From Amoebidium appalachense (taxonomy: Eukaryota > Protista > Ichthyosporea): a stretch of 64,000 bases of DNA. Below are positions 1 to 12,347 of the stretch, in pieces (the stretch's first letter is position 1; the number at the start of each line of letters is the position of its first letter). Below the pieces are notes generated by a model that did no database searches, had not been told where the DNA came from, and worked only from the letters and a program-made list of their open reading frames with translations. Both the position numbers and the translations under genes were made by a program. The stretch covers positions 3,533,716 through 3,597,715 of the forward strand of contig CAVNZM010000005.1 of assembly GCA_963693365.1 (NCBI GenBank), given 5' to 3'.

Positions 1-451
1 ACATTCACATGATGTCATGCCGTGAAACTTTCATAAACATATGCCCGTATTGCTTGTTCATGCATGCACGTACGTGCACGGTACACACGCACAGACGCAC
101 ACATGTTCACGTGTACATATGCACAAATGTACACTAGTTTTCGTGTACACATGCATATGCACACACGACATGCACACATCCACATGCACAAACACACGCT
201 CCACAAACAAACATACGTCGCGGCTACTCTTCTGGGCCTGGCACTGCCTGACTGCCTGGCTGCAGCGAGGGTATTGCATGGCCGCGGCACGTGCACGCGT
301 GACGACGAAGCACGATGCGAGCACGTACATACACGTGGCACGCGATTTCAATTGAGAACTTGTGACCACTGTACACGTGTGAACGTTGGCGATCAAAAGG
401 AAAAGATAGTGGTGCGTTTCGGTCCAATCGTGTTGGCTTTGTGTAATGTTT

Positions 452-639
452 TGTAATGAGGACCGGCGACTGCCGGGCCGATCTGGCCCGAACCGGATCA
501 GGATGACCCGGTCTGAGGGCGCGTGAGCCTGTGGCTCACGCTCATCAGAATGATATCCGACGGCGCCTGAATAAAGACGTCATCCCCCTGTGTACACGTA
601 GGGAACAACTCTGTAGTACAAGTCTCGTCCTTCTTTACA
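452..639 (+). mobile_element. Orphan 5' LTR (188 bp) of an LTR retrotransposon
   Basis: Starts TGTAA and ends TTACA (5-bp inverted termini), contains AATAAA and GC-rich hairpins, and is immediately followed by a tRNA primer-binding site. No second copy or pol ORF seen. Confidence 0.7.
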
Positions 640-650
640 TGGTAGCAGAG
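640..650 (+). other. Primer-binding site complementary to the 3' end of initiator tRNA-Met
   Basis: TGGTAGCAGAG is the reverse complement of the animal-type tRNAi-Met 3' end CTCTGCTACCA and directly abuts the LTR end. Confidence 0.75.
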
Positions 651-3337
651 ATTTTACAGTTTTAGTTTGCGCAACCTTTCGAAGTGCCAACAGAAGTCTT
701 TTTTGAACACCGTCGGCGAACGGTTGTGCGGTTCACTTCGAAGGTTCTGGCACGCTTTTATAGCACACGTGATACCGCAAAGTCACGTGTTTGCATCCAT
801 GTATGGCATATGCAAAAACGGCCGGGGTTGGCTTTTGCAGCCAGCGTGGCAGACTCAGGCCTTCCTGGGGGGATGCTTGTGAGAGCATAGTCGTAGAGAT
901 TCGCATGTTGTGTGAAGATCCAAAGGGTTGTTGTGGAGCGAAAAGGTTGACATATAAGTTCCCTTCCAAAAACATGAAAAAGTAGAGTGGCTATGGTGTT
1001 GGTTTGCTCTTAGTTGTCTAGACACGACGCACGGGGAAGTGCTTTCCAGCAGGCCAGACAAAGAACCGGTAAGTTGTCTTTATAAAGTCCGGAACGTTCG
1101 TGGGCAGATCTCTGCAACGGGGTTGTCGTTTACAAAGTAGCACACATACTCGTTAACACTATCGAGCACACGAACCGTTGAATTCTCTTCCTTTACTGTC
1201 TTCGTGTTATTTCCACTCTATATCATAATGCCTGGGGGTACACGGTTCTATGCGCATGCATCCTCCCTGCATATTTTAGACAAGCACACTGAGCCCTTAT
1301 CCTACCCTCTTTCAGATGCTCCTACCGTTGAATTTGGACAGCCTAAAAACGTATATCCCCCCCCTCCCCCCCCCCCTCCCCCCCCCCCCCCCCCCCCCCG
1401 CCCCCCGCCCTCCCCCCCCCCTTTTGTTATTCCTGTCGCCCACGCTCCCCTCAACCTGCTTCTCTATGTTTTGAGATCGACGCCTCTCTTGGTCACATAT
1501 GCACGAAATCCGCCCTCCCAGCAACCCCCTTCCCAACCTGCCCCCCCTCCCCCCTCCCCCTCCCCCTCTCCTCCCCTCTCTCTCTCTCTCTCTCCCCCCC
1601 TCCCCCAACACCACTACCAAAACCCTCTCTAAACACCCTGGTTGTCACCCATTTCTCATGTTGGTCGATTTTTTATATGCATATGTCTGTAGTTGGCCGC
1701 CTGAGTATCATGCGCAGGAACTCATTTGTTTGACCGGGCAGCCAACATGACACCGCACGGAGCAATGCACCGAGACAAGTTTGTGGAGATTACTCCTGAT
1801 ACCGGCTACGGCATGATATCCGCAACGACAGCAACAAGTGCATGGATCTTGCTTTTGTCATATTGGAGGTTGCAGTGGACGAGTTGGACCTGGGCAAGAC
1901 AGAGCCGCCCTTTACCTTCAATTTTGCGATCATTCAAAGCCAGACTGGCACAGGTCTCCGCCCAGGCTTTGCTTGTTCTCATGCTGGTCTTGTCTCCCCC
2001 CCCCCCCCCCCCCCCGGGCGCCCCCTAGGCGTGATTTGGGTTTGTCATACTTGGCAATCATAGTGTCGTTGTTGTATTAATGTTTCGAAGGATAACTGCT
2101 CCTCCTAGCTATGTGCACCAGCCGGTGGTGTTGGCTGTCCACTTTCGTTATAGGCATTGGTCTATATAGTTCTATGCTATTATGAGATGTCGAGAACAGC
2201 TTTCAGCAGCTGCACCATTTATTATAAGCTATGCCATGATGACCCCCCCTTTCCCCCCCCCTCTCTCTTTCTTGCTTATCCGACTCACACACACACCCTC
2301 TCTCTGTCACACTTCCACCCTCTTTTTCTCGAAACACCATGCAGTAAAGTAAGATAGCAAGATGGAGTGGAGAAGAGGGGGAGGATGGGGAGGGATGAGG
2401 TAGGGGGATCTCCACAACTTACTTTGCAAACACACCCTGCCAACAGCCTTAATTTTTATCATTGGGCCGAAGGTAGCACGAAGCAAGTATATAAGCGTAT
2501 GTTAATTTGTTTGATCTGAATATGCTGTGAAGAAATATATCAGCACCTTGGAAGTAATGTATGTGGAACCAGTTTGTGCTGACGCAAGGGTCCTTCTCAG
2601 GAAAGTGTCCGCTGGTTTGTGAATTGGCAAGACGTTTTCAGGGAACCCATGACCCCTGTTAGCAACCCCCCCCCCCCCCCCCCCCCCCCTCCAACCCACC
2701 CACCCACCCAACCACCCAACCACCCACCCCATCCCTCCCCCTCCTCCTCCCCCCCCCCCCCCCTCCCTCTCCCCCCCCCCCCCCCCCCAAAAAAAAAAAA
2801 AAAAAAAAAGAAAAGAAAAAAAGAAAAGAAAAGGAAAAAGAAAAGGCTTACTTCGCAACAGGGCAAAGAGGAAAAGAGAGAGAAGCCATGACAGCACGCA
2901 CGCGCGCGCACACACACATGCACACACATACACAGGCAGAGAGAGGGGAGAAAGGGGGCAAAGGGGAAGGGGGGGGGGAAGGGGGGAGGTGGTGGGGGTG
3001 GAAGAGAGATAACCCGGAGAACACAAGGGGATGGGGGGGAGACAAAGCGGAGAACAGAGGAGGGTGGAAGGGGAAGGGAGGGGGGTGGGGACGCGCAGTG
3101 ACCCGTTCACAGGTGCCCTCATGTAGAAAACCGCACTCACACCCACATGCCCATTAATTAAGGTCCCAATGCATGCTGGAACACCGACAGTAGGGCACAA
3201 CAGAGACTATTCAGATACACACACCTACTGATACATTGTAACTTCCCCCCCCCCTCCCCCCTTTCCCCCCAGCCCCCCCAACCTCTCTTCTTTATCTCTC
3301 TCTCTTCTCTATCTCTCTCTCTCTCTCACGCGTGCGT

Positions 3338-3381
<44 letters not shown>

Positions 3382-3563
3382 CTCACTCGCTCGCTCGCAT
3401 TCTCCCCTCACCCTCTCTGTTTTCACTTATTCCCTCTGGCTTCCCCCTTCCCTCCCTCTCTTTTCTAAACCTCACACGGACACATCCCAGGTCCCCCCCC
3501 CCCTTCTCCCCCCTCCACCCCCCCCCCCCCCTCTCCCACTCTCCTTCCCATTTTCAGGTTTCC

Positions 3564-3600
<37 letters not shown>

Positions 3601-3753
3601 ACCGCGCCACCGCCACCACCACCACCGCCACTTTCCTCTCTAGTACATGCATCCCCTCTCTTATTCAGGAGCTTCTCGTGCACTTGCGTTTCCCTTCCTC
3701 GTTTTCTTCCTGTCTGCCCACCCACATCTATGCATCCGGGTGTACACACACAT

Positions 3754-3802
<49 letters not shown>

Positions 3803-3818
3803 ACACACACCACACGCG

Positions 3819-3900
<82 letters not shown>

Positions 3901-3901
<1 letters not shown>

Positions 3902-4136
3902 CGACCGGCCTTTGTTGTTGCACTGCTGGTTAACATCGACACGTATCTGGAGGTCCCGGGGCTGAGTTTCGGTGCCGATCTCAAGCTACCCCACGCCACA
4001 TCCGACTTCATGAAACAAAGGAAATACTACCAAAAGAGCCGCAAGCAGTCCAAGGAGACAATGAAAAGACAGAGGAAACGCAGAAAGGAGCAGTTGGAGT
4101 GGGACAAAGAGAACAAACGGAAGGAGGAAAAGTGGG
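3901..4136 (+). other. Possible isolated coding exon of an unknown gene or pseudogene
   Basis: Follows a CAG at the end of a (CA)n tract. Reads [31 protein letters not shown]...KRQRKRRKEQLEWDKENKRKEEK, a protein-like stretch in otherwise low-complexity DNA. No family recognised. Confidence 0.3.
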
Positions 4137-5172
4137 TGTGGAATGAAAGAATGCGAATAATGAACAAGGGTCTGTTGCTGACTGAGTGGGTCTGTGTAGG
4201 TGTGGTGGTGGGGTTGGTTATGGATACGGTGTTGTGGTTCTATTGGCGTGGGGGGTTTCAGGCTGGCATGCCTTGACGCAGACTGTGACACTACACACGG
4301 TTGAGTGCATACATCCGAGTATTACGGTATCGTGACGAATGGCCTTAGGTTTTCGCATACACATGGGTACAGTTATGAAGTACGAATGGACAGGACCATT
4401 CGCACACGCACATACACATGCACACATGCACACGGACATGTACATATACTCTTCCCACCCTTCCACACGCACACAAGTACACACGCACAATGCTGCAAAT
4501 GTGACATACAATTCCAGCTGTATGTATGTATTCGCATAAATTAAAGAGGGTTATAAATATTGTCAAACTCTGAGAAAACATAGATGGGAGTTCCTTGTCG
4601 ACCTTTACTGCGTTATGTTGCTAAAATATAAGCCACATCCTAAGTCGTTTGATTACTGTACGTTCGGCTACGAAGTTTATTGTGTATTTATGAAAGAGGT
4701 TAGGACGGGGAGGGGGGGGGGGGGGGATATTGTAGTACAGGCTGAGTGATTCGACAGACCCTGTACCACGGTTAATCATTTGCAGAACAGGCCGCAGGCC
4801 GGCTGGGATTGTTGAATCGTGCGCAAGACTTTGTAGAATGTGTTTGAATTCAGCCCTCTGCTATCCGATGATCTTTTTTGAACACCCCCTCCCCCCCCCC
4901 TTCCCCCCCCCCCCCCCCCCCCCCCCCCCGCATCTCTATATTAGATCGATCTCTCTCTCTCTATTCCTGCCTTGCCTCCGAGTCACCTCATAGCCTGCAC
5001 GGCCTTCTCAGGGTGTGTTACCTGTGATCTTTCTAATCATTGGGTTTGGCCCACCGTTTAATAACGTTGTGGATGTTCGTAGTGTTACTTTGGCTACAGC
5101 TATGCCATGAGGAATGCTTTCGAATCCCTCCTCCCCCCCCTCCCCCCTTTCCCCCTCCCCCCCTCCCCCTCC

Positions 5173-5209
<37 letters not shown>

Positions 5210-5512
5210 CCCCCCACCCCCCACACACACAGTCACACTGACACACGCACGTACATGTACACACACACACACACACACCGGTCCCCTGCACACGTTCACA
5301 TACACGTGCACACTGAAAATAAGTTGTATGTTCACACACAGACACGCAAAACCCATGCTTGCCATTTCAATATTTAATTGAATCAATGTACATGTATACA
5401 GCCAGACTTAACCCAAGCAACAACCCAAACGTCACAAACGGTTTAAAATCCCCCCCCCCCCCCCCCAAAAAAAAAAAAAAAAAAAAAAAAAAGGGGAGAG
5501 ATCTCGAGGGAG

Positions 5513-5551
<39 letters not shown>

Positions 5552-5627
5552 AAGACCAGCATGAGAACAAGCAAAGGCACATACCCCTGGGCGGAGACCT
5601 GTGCCAAACAAACACATACACACACAC

Positions 5628-6735
<1,108 letters not shown>

Positions 6736-7579
6736 GCCCCTCTTTTCCGGCCTCAGGGGAAAAAAATTATGTGACATGCTGATCTAGTCACTCGTTTTTG
6801 AACAAGGCATAAATAAACAACCAGTTCTCTCTGTATCATGGTGTGTCCGTATACAAACTCTCGGTCGGTTTCTCGGTCTGAGGACTGAGAGTGACTGAGT
6901 CGTAGTCTCCAAGGCTTTGTACCCGCTGGCTTACGTAAGTGGCTGGGCCCTACTACGCTTCGGCAACATAAAAGAAAAAAAAAAAAAGAAAAAAAAAACA
7001 TATGAAGAAGAGGCCGCAGGGAGACAGCCTTACAGAGTGACTCAGTTGATCATAGTCGATCGTGACTTGACTGGTCAGAGAAGAATCTTAAGCATGGAAA
7101 TGGAACGTGGAGGCTGTTCTGGCACTGTAATAACGTTGTCGACTGGCGAGCCAACTGCCACACATGTACAACCTGACACAACCGGCTTGTTGACGATAAT
7201 AACGGTATACATATTACGAACTATTAACTTCCTGTATACAGCAGAAATGTGAATCTCTAGAGCAATAAGATATTGCTGCAACATCGGTTCAAGTAGTACC
7301 CTACTGCTTATGATGAGAGCATATGCCAAACGCAATAAAAAGTGTGTAAACCCCTTTCGAAGTCTGCTGGACTCCGAAGTTGAAAAGGGGTTTACGCTGT
7401 TTACTCGAGGCAAAGAGAACCAGTCTCAGGTATGGGGGGGGGTTTTGCTCGGAATATCCCCTCAGCGGTATATCATGATCACGTACATAGATGTCGGGTG
7501 GTGACTATATATCAGGGTTTACTTTCTCTACGAGACACCATAAAGACTACAAGGAGAAATCAATTAGTTGGGGTTCCCC

Positions 7580-7651
<72 letters not shown>

Positions 7652-7703
7652 TAATTTTAATTTTTTTAAAGGGGCTTCCCTCGGGACACTCGGTATCAGC
7701 TGG

Positions 7704-7778
<75 letters not shown>

Positions 7779-7779
<1 letters not shown>

Positions 7780-10700
7780 TATAATTTTGTAGTGATGTGT
7801 TTCTCAAGCCAATCAATACATCTAATAAACAGGTCGTAGTTACGCGTGTTTAGTATAAAATCAAGGATGTTGTAATTTACAGGTAGGCTATCTTTCTGGG
7901 TGTCTGTTGTGAATGTGACGTGTGTGTGTTGCGGTATTATGTGGTCTATCAAACTACATTTGGCGATACATGACCGGTTAAACTGGTGTGTGTGTGTGTT
8001 GTTTGGGCATGCAAATGATGCCACCTTATACTTATTAGATCTCCACTGTATAGCACGTGTACAGTAAAAGCGTGGTAATTGATCAATAATACCATCAGCT
8101 AGAGAAAGACCAGTTCTACAGGAAGGTAATATGTATTTAGGTGTTATACACTTGCGAGTGCCATATTTGGCAATATGGTTGAGGCGGTCAGTATATATAA
8201 AACGAGACATAAGGCTTAGTTTTTCAAGGTGTATGCTTTCATCGGGTCTAGTGTCGTGTGGTATCTTTTTCCATTTGTTATATTGCGTGATTATCTTGTG
8301 ATTGTGTACATGTTTAATAAGTAAGTGGCAGTCCAAAGTCACACACACACTATTGCGGGGTTTATTTGTATTTGTGCCCAGGGGAGAAGGGGAGAGAGAG
8401 GGGAGGAAAGAGGGGGGAGGTGAGGAGGGGACAGGTCGGATAGAGAAGAGAGGGTGGGAGGGCAAATACTTCTTTAAGCGGCTTATGTGCTTATTGAATT
8501 TCAGCGCGAGATAGGATACTCTAGCAGCTATTGGGACCAGACCATATATCGAGAGCGTTACAGGCCCAGGTTTACAACAGTTGTTAGATAGAAAGGAGGC
8601 AACTTCTGCTTCAAGGAAATTTGCCAAGGGTTTAAGCGCTCTAGTTCTCTCTTTCTTGATCCAAGCGGCGAGAAGGGGTAAACCATATTCACATGCCGGG
8701 AAGACAAAAGTGCGAATAAATGTAAGTCTAATAGAAGGATGGAGGGGTGTGTCTTTAAAAATATTAGCCGAGAAGAAAGCTAACCGCTTACGAGCCAACT
8801 CTACCCTCTTTTCGACCATATGGGGAAACATAACACCAACAGAATCAACCGGAACACCAAGATATTTGTATTCTGGAACTATAGGTACAGGTTTAGATGA
8901 TAATGTAAATGTGTGTAAATTGTTAGCTATATCAGGTACAAGAACACCACATTTGTCTATGTTAAGGATCATAAGGTTTGCCTTGCACCACTCTGACACT
9001 ACATCGAACAATCTTTGCAGGCGTCTAGGGGTACGGGCAAGGAGGGACAGATCATCAGCATAGAGAAGTGCAGGCGGAAAGTTATTAATAGGGTCATCGT
9101 TTTCGGCGTAAATCTTGACAGCCAAATCATCTATAAATAGGTTAAACAAAAAGGGGCTAAGCAATGAACCCTGCAAGAGACCTCTAGTACGAGCAAAACC
9201 ATATGAAAGATGCCCATTAACCACAGCTCTACCATAGGTTTGAGACAAGAGTGCTTCTAACAGAACACCAATGCAGTGTGGTACACCCCGTGCAGCAAGC
9301 TTTTCCCATAGGAGACCAGGGGAGACAGAATCGTAAGCAGTTTTCCAATCAATAAAGCCAACATATTGTGCACCAACTTGCATAGAATCGTGCAGTGCCA
9401 TTATTTGAACATAACATGAATTGTTTTTACGAAAAGCGGATTGGCATGGGTGTATGTGAAGAATAGATTGAAACCTAGGGTGGTGTGCAAATAACCTAAG
9501 TAAGCAAGCTTCAAAGAATCTACGAACAACCTGGGTTAGTGTAATGGGGCGAAAGGATGATATGGGGCCCTCAGAGTCCTTCTTAACTATGGGGATCACT
9601 AAGGTATCTAACCAAGATGACGGGACATGTCCACATTTAACACACCAAGAAAAGAGAGAGCTTAACATGATAGTAAGATCAGGTTTAATAGCACGATCAC
9701 TTTCCTTTTGTGGGTAGGAGGGAACAAGGATTTTAAGAAACCCAGCAGGGAGTCCATCAGGTCCACAAGACTTACTAGAGCTATAACTAGATATCACAGA
9801 CCATATGGCATCGGGGCTGAAAAAGGGGAGGATCGATTCTATGGGGATAGATGGGTCTACAGGCCACACAATAGGTTTCTGAGCGGGGGTCCTATCTTTA
9901 AACAGTTCCGAGAAATACTTATCAGAGTCTATGAGGGGGTCTCCAGTGGTATCACCAATAATACGAGCAGGGGGGCCAAATCGATTCATACTAGCAAGCC
10001 GGCGCAAGCTTTCCTTTTGAGACAGGGGTTCACCTAGTCTAGCGGGAGTGGTGTTTGGTAACAAGAGAGCATCGGGATATTCCTTCCTACCACCGCCAGC
10101 ATAATCACCGAGATCTATCAAATCATCAACAATAAAGTTAGTGCATGTATCTAGTACGAGATGTGAATCTGGCCTGGCTTGTGCAGATTCTAATAGGCGC
10201 ATATATATAGGGTGTTTCGTAGCATAGCATACACATACATCAACTCTACCCCACTGTGACTTAAGCTGGGATAGACGGAGGCGAAAGGTGGGAGGAGGAG
10301 GGGGGAGCAGATCAAGGGAGATCTTAGGTAGGAAAAGGATAGGAGAGTGGTCAGATGACCTAGAGAGGTTAGGAGGGAGAGAGAGTTTTGACATGGTTGA
10401 TGGCCAAAAGGCCACTCCCCAGTCGGTGTTGTGGGCATGGGATATTTGAGGGAACCGCAAAGTGTGACTTTGGACATACCTTGCTAAAGGGATAGCACGC
10501 TCCGGGGGCTTAGATGGGTACCCGACACTCACTTGCAGTGTGTCTGTGTGGTGGAGTCGCGTGTTAAAATCACCTAAAATAACAGTGGACATTGGTAACT
10601 GTGACAACTCGTGAGTCAATTCGACAACCGACATAGATGGTGGGTAATATACAAAAGTAAAAAACATTAGAAAGAAACTCTATAGAAACCGAGAATTCCG

Positions 10701-10974
10701 TTTTTGCTACCGGTTTGCACTTCACTCTCACGTGTGGTGTGGCAAGTACAATAATGCCGCGGTTTTTCGCGTAACCGGGGTGTGTGGATGTGTCGACCAA
10801 TGTAGAGTTGAATTTGTTGTGGTTTTTAAACTGTGTTTCGCAAATCACTGTAAACGTGTGGTTGTTTGTCTGTTGTTGTATGTAGCTGATTTTATCGTCG
10901 AGTGTCCCGGGGGGGAGGCCCTTTTGGGGGCCCAGTGTCCGAGCATTCCAGAAGAAGAAGGATAAATTAGGCAT
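7779..10974 (-). CDS. LINE ORF2: AP endonuclease + reverse transcriptase, split by one frameshift near 10660
   Basis: APE motifs WNART, ICET, YYPP, GDFN, SDH. RT motifs GPDGL, FRPITL, FIDWKTAYDSV, QGSLLSP, YADD, YKYLG. The two ORF pieces join if one T is removed from a T6 run. Confidence 0.92.
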
Positions 10975-12151
10975 CGGTTTGGTCCGACACCTGTGGGGTT
11001 GGTTCCCACTTGTCGCTTACGGGGTCGTATGCACGACCTTCCGCCAGCGCGAACAGTTCGCAGAAGAGCTCGATTTCCATCTCGCATCGGCGTTTGCGCT
11101 CGAGCAGTTTCTCACCAGAAAACATTGGTTCCTTCGTGTCCGTGTCTATCACGCTCGTAGCATCGTTTTCCAACTTTGCGAGGAACTCTTTTGCCTTGCT
11201 GATGCGTACACGACAACGTGTGGCGCACGCATTCTTAGCAGACACTTTACGTTCTTTGTCTGCTTTCTGAATGTTTTCCGGCGCGCATGGGTCGTAGCTT
11301 GGGAGGTGGGTGAAGAAGCTTCCACACCCCTTTGTCGCGTCACGGATGAACGCACGGTTATAGTCGCCCCGTACTGCTACTTCCAGCACATCGTATCCAA
11401 TGAAGGACAGACAAAGGATGCGAGAGCACCGGAAGCCGAGAGCCTTGAAGATGGACCACATGGCCCTGTGTGGGCGTCTGCCGTGCTTGACTTTGAAATA
11501 CACCCTCTCGTATTTGGGTGGGATGTTGATGTTACCGTTTGCTTGGGTGTTCCCCTTAGCCGGCGGTTTGGGAGGGGAGTTGCGGCGGTACTCGTTGCCT
11601 GCAAGAATGCTGGCATATGTTTCCTTGGCAATTTGGCGGAGCTCGGGTGTTTTACGAGAGTTCGCATATTCTAGGAACTCTGCCGGGAGCTGTGCTTCCG
11701 GTCCTGTGTTGTTTTGTGTTGGGGTGGAAATGTCTCCGTCGCGAGATGTTTGCTCATGAGTTTTGGGGTTTTGCGATCCACTAATGTTTAGCTGGGCTGT
11801 GAGTGAATCAATGGTGAGCTTGAGTTGGGTATTTTCTGTTTGGAGTTTTTCTATCATGTTCTTGAGTGGTAACAGCTCATTTAGCTGTTTCTTAACGAGG
11901 GCAAGTTCTGCCAGTACTGTATCAACCGAAAGTTTCGGCATGGTTGTTATTGTGTTTCTACGGAGTGGTGTGGTGTTATTCTGAATGGGTAGTGTATTGT
12001 AAATAGGTGTTGCGCTTAGTCTAAGGCGATGTTTTTCTGGTTGTGCATCTGTGGTAGGTGTATCTGCTGGACGTTTTAATGGTCGCACATGTGTGATGGG
12101 TGTAGATGGAACTTTGAAAGAGGTTCTGAAACGATTATAGGCATGTGCCAT
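10967..12151 (-). CDS. LINE ORF1 protein (394 aa)
   Basis: Open ORF upstream of ORF2 with a coiled-coil-like segment (LAELALVKKQLNELLPLKNMIEKLQTENTQLKLTIDSLTAQL) and a globular block (RVYFKV...SRILCLSF...SYDPCAP). Confidence 0.85.
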   Translation of the reverse strand: MAHAYNRFRTSFKVPSTPITHVRPLKRPADTPTTDAQPEKHRLRLSATPIYNTLPIQNNTTPLRRNTITTMPKLSVDTVLAELALVKKQLNELLPLKNMIEKLQTENTQLKLTIDSLTAQLNISGSQNPKTHEQTSRDGDISTPTQNNTGPEAQLPAEFLEYANSRKTPELRQIAKETYASILAGNEYRRNSPPKPPAKGNTQANGNINIPPKYERVYFKVKHGRRPHRAMWSIFKALGFRCSRILCLSFIGYDVLEVAVRGDYNRAFIRDATKGCGSFFTHLPSYDPCAPENIQKADKERKVSAKNACATRCRVRISKAKEFLAKLENDATSVIDTDTKEPMFSGEKLLERKRRCEMEIELFCELFALAEGRAYDPVSDKWEPTPQVSDQTDA

Positions 12152-12257
12152 GACATGGATGGGGGTGTTCCCCGGCCCTTAGGGCCACGGATGGCCCGGT
12201 TTAGGGGTGGATGCGCGAAGGATACTATTTATTAGCAGATAATAAAAAGCGACATTT

Positions 12258-12347
12258 GAATCGATGTGTGCGACTGAATCGATGTGTGCGACTGAATCGA
12301 TGTGTGCGACTGAATCGATGTGTGCGACTGAATCGATGTGTGCGACT
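12258..12347. repeat. Perfect tandem repeat, 5 x 18 bp (GAATCGATGTGTGCGACT)
   Basis: Five identical head-to-tail copies with no spacers. Confidence 0.95.

Larger units (their letters stand above)
7581..12166 (-). mobile_element. Near full-length non-LTR retrotransposon (LINE: ORF1 + APE-RT ORF2)
   Basis: Two ORFs, a short 3' UTR with (CA)n, and a poly(A) tail (poly-T at 7581-7646 on +). Candidate 8-bp TSD GTTCCCCG at 7573-7580 and 12167-12174; the 5' boundary is tentative. Confidence 0.9.

Noticed and set aside
7665-7705. Hammerhead ribozyme in the LINE 3' UTR (CTGATACCGAG...GAA)
   Set aside because: The core does not match CUGANGA/GAAA and the three stems cannot be formed.
12152-12240. HDV-like ribozyme at the LINE 5' end
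   Set aside because: Hairpins are present, but I could not build the nested double pseudoknot (P1.1, L3, J4/2).
12258-12347. CRISPR-like array
   Set aside because: Identical head-to-tail 18-mers with no spacers, no cas genes, and a eukaryotic context.
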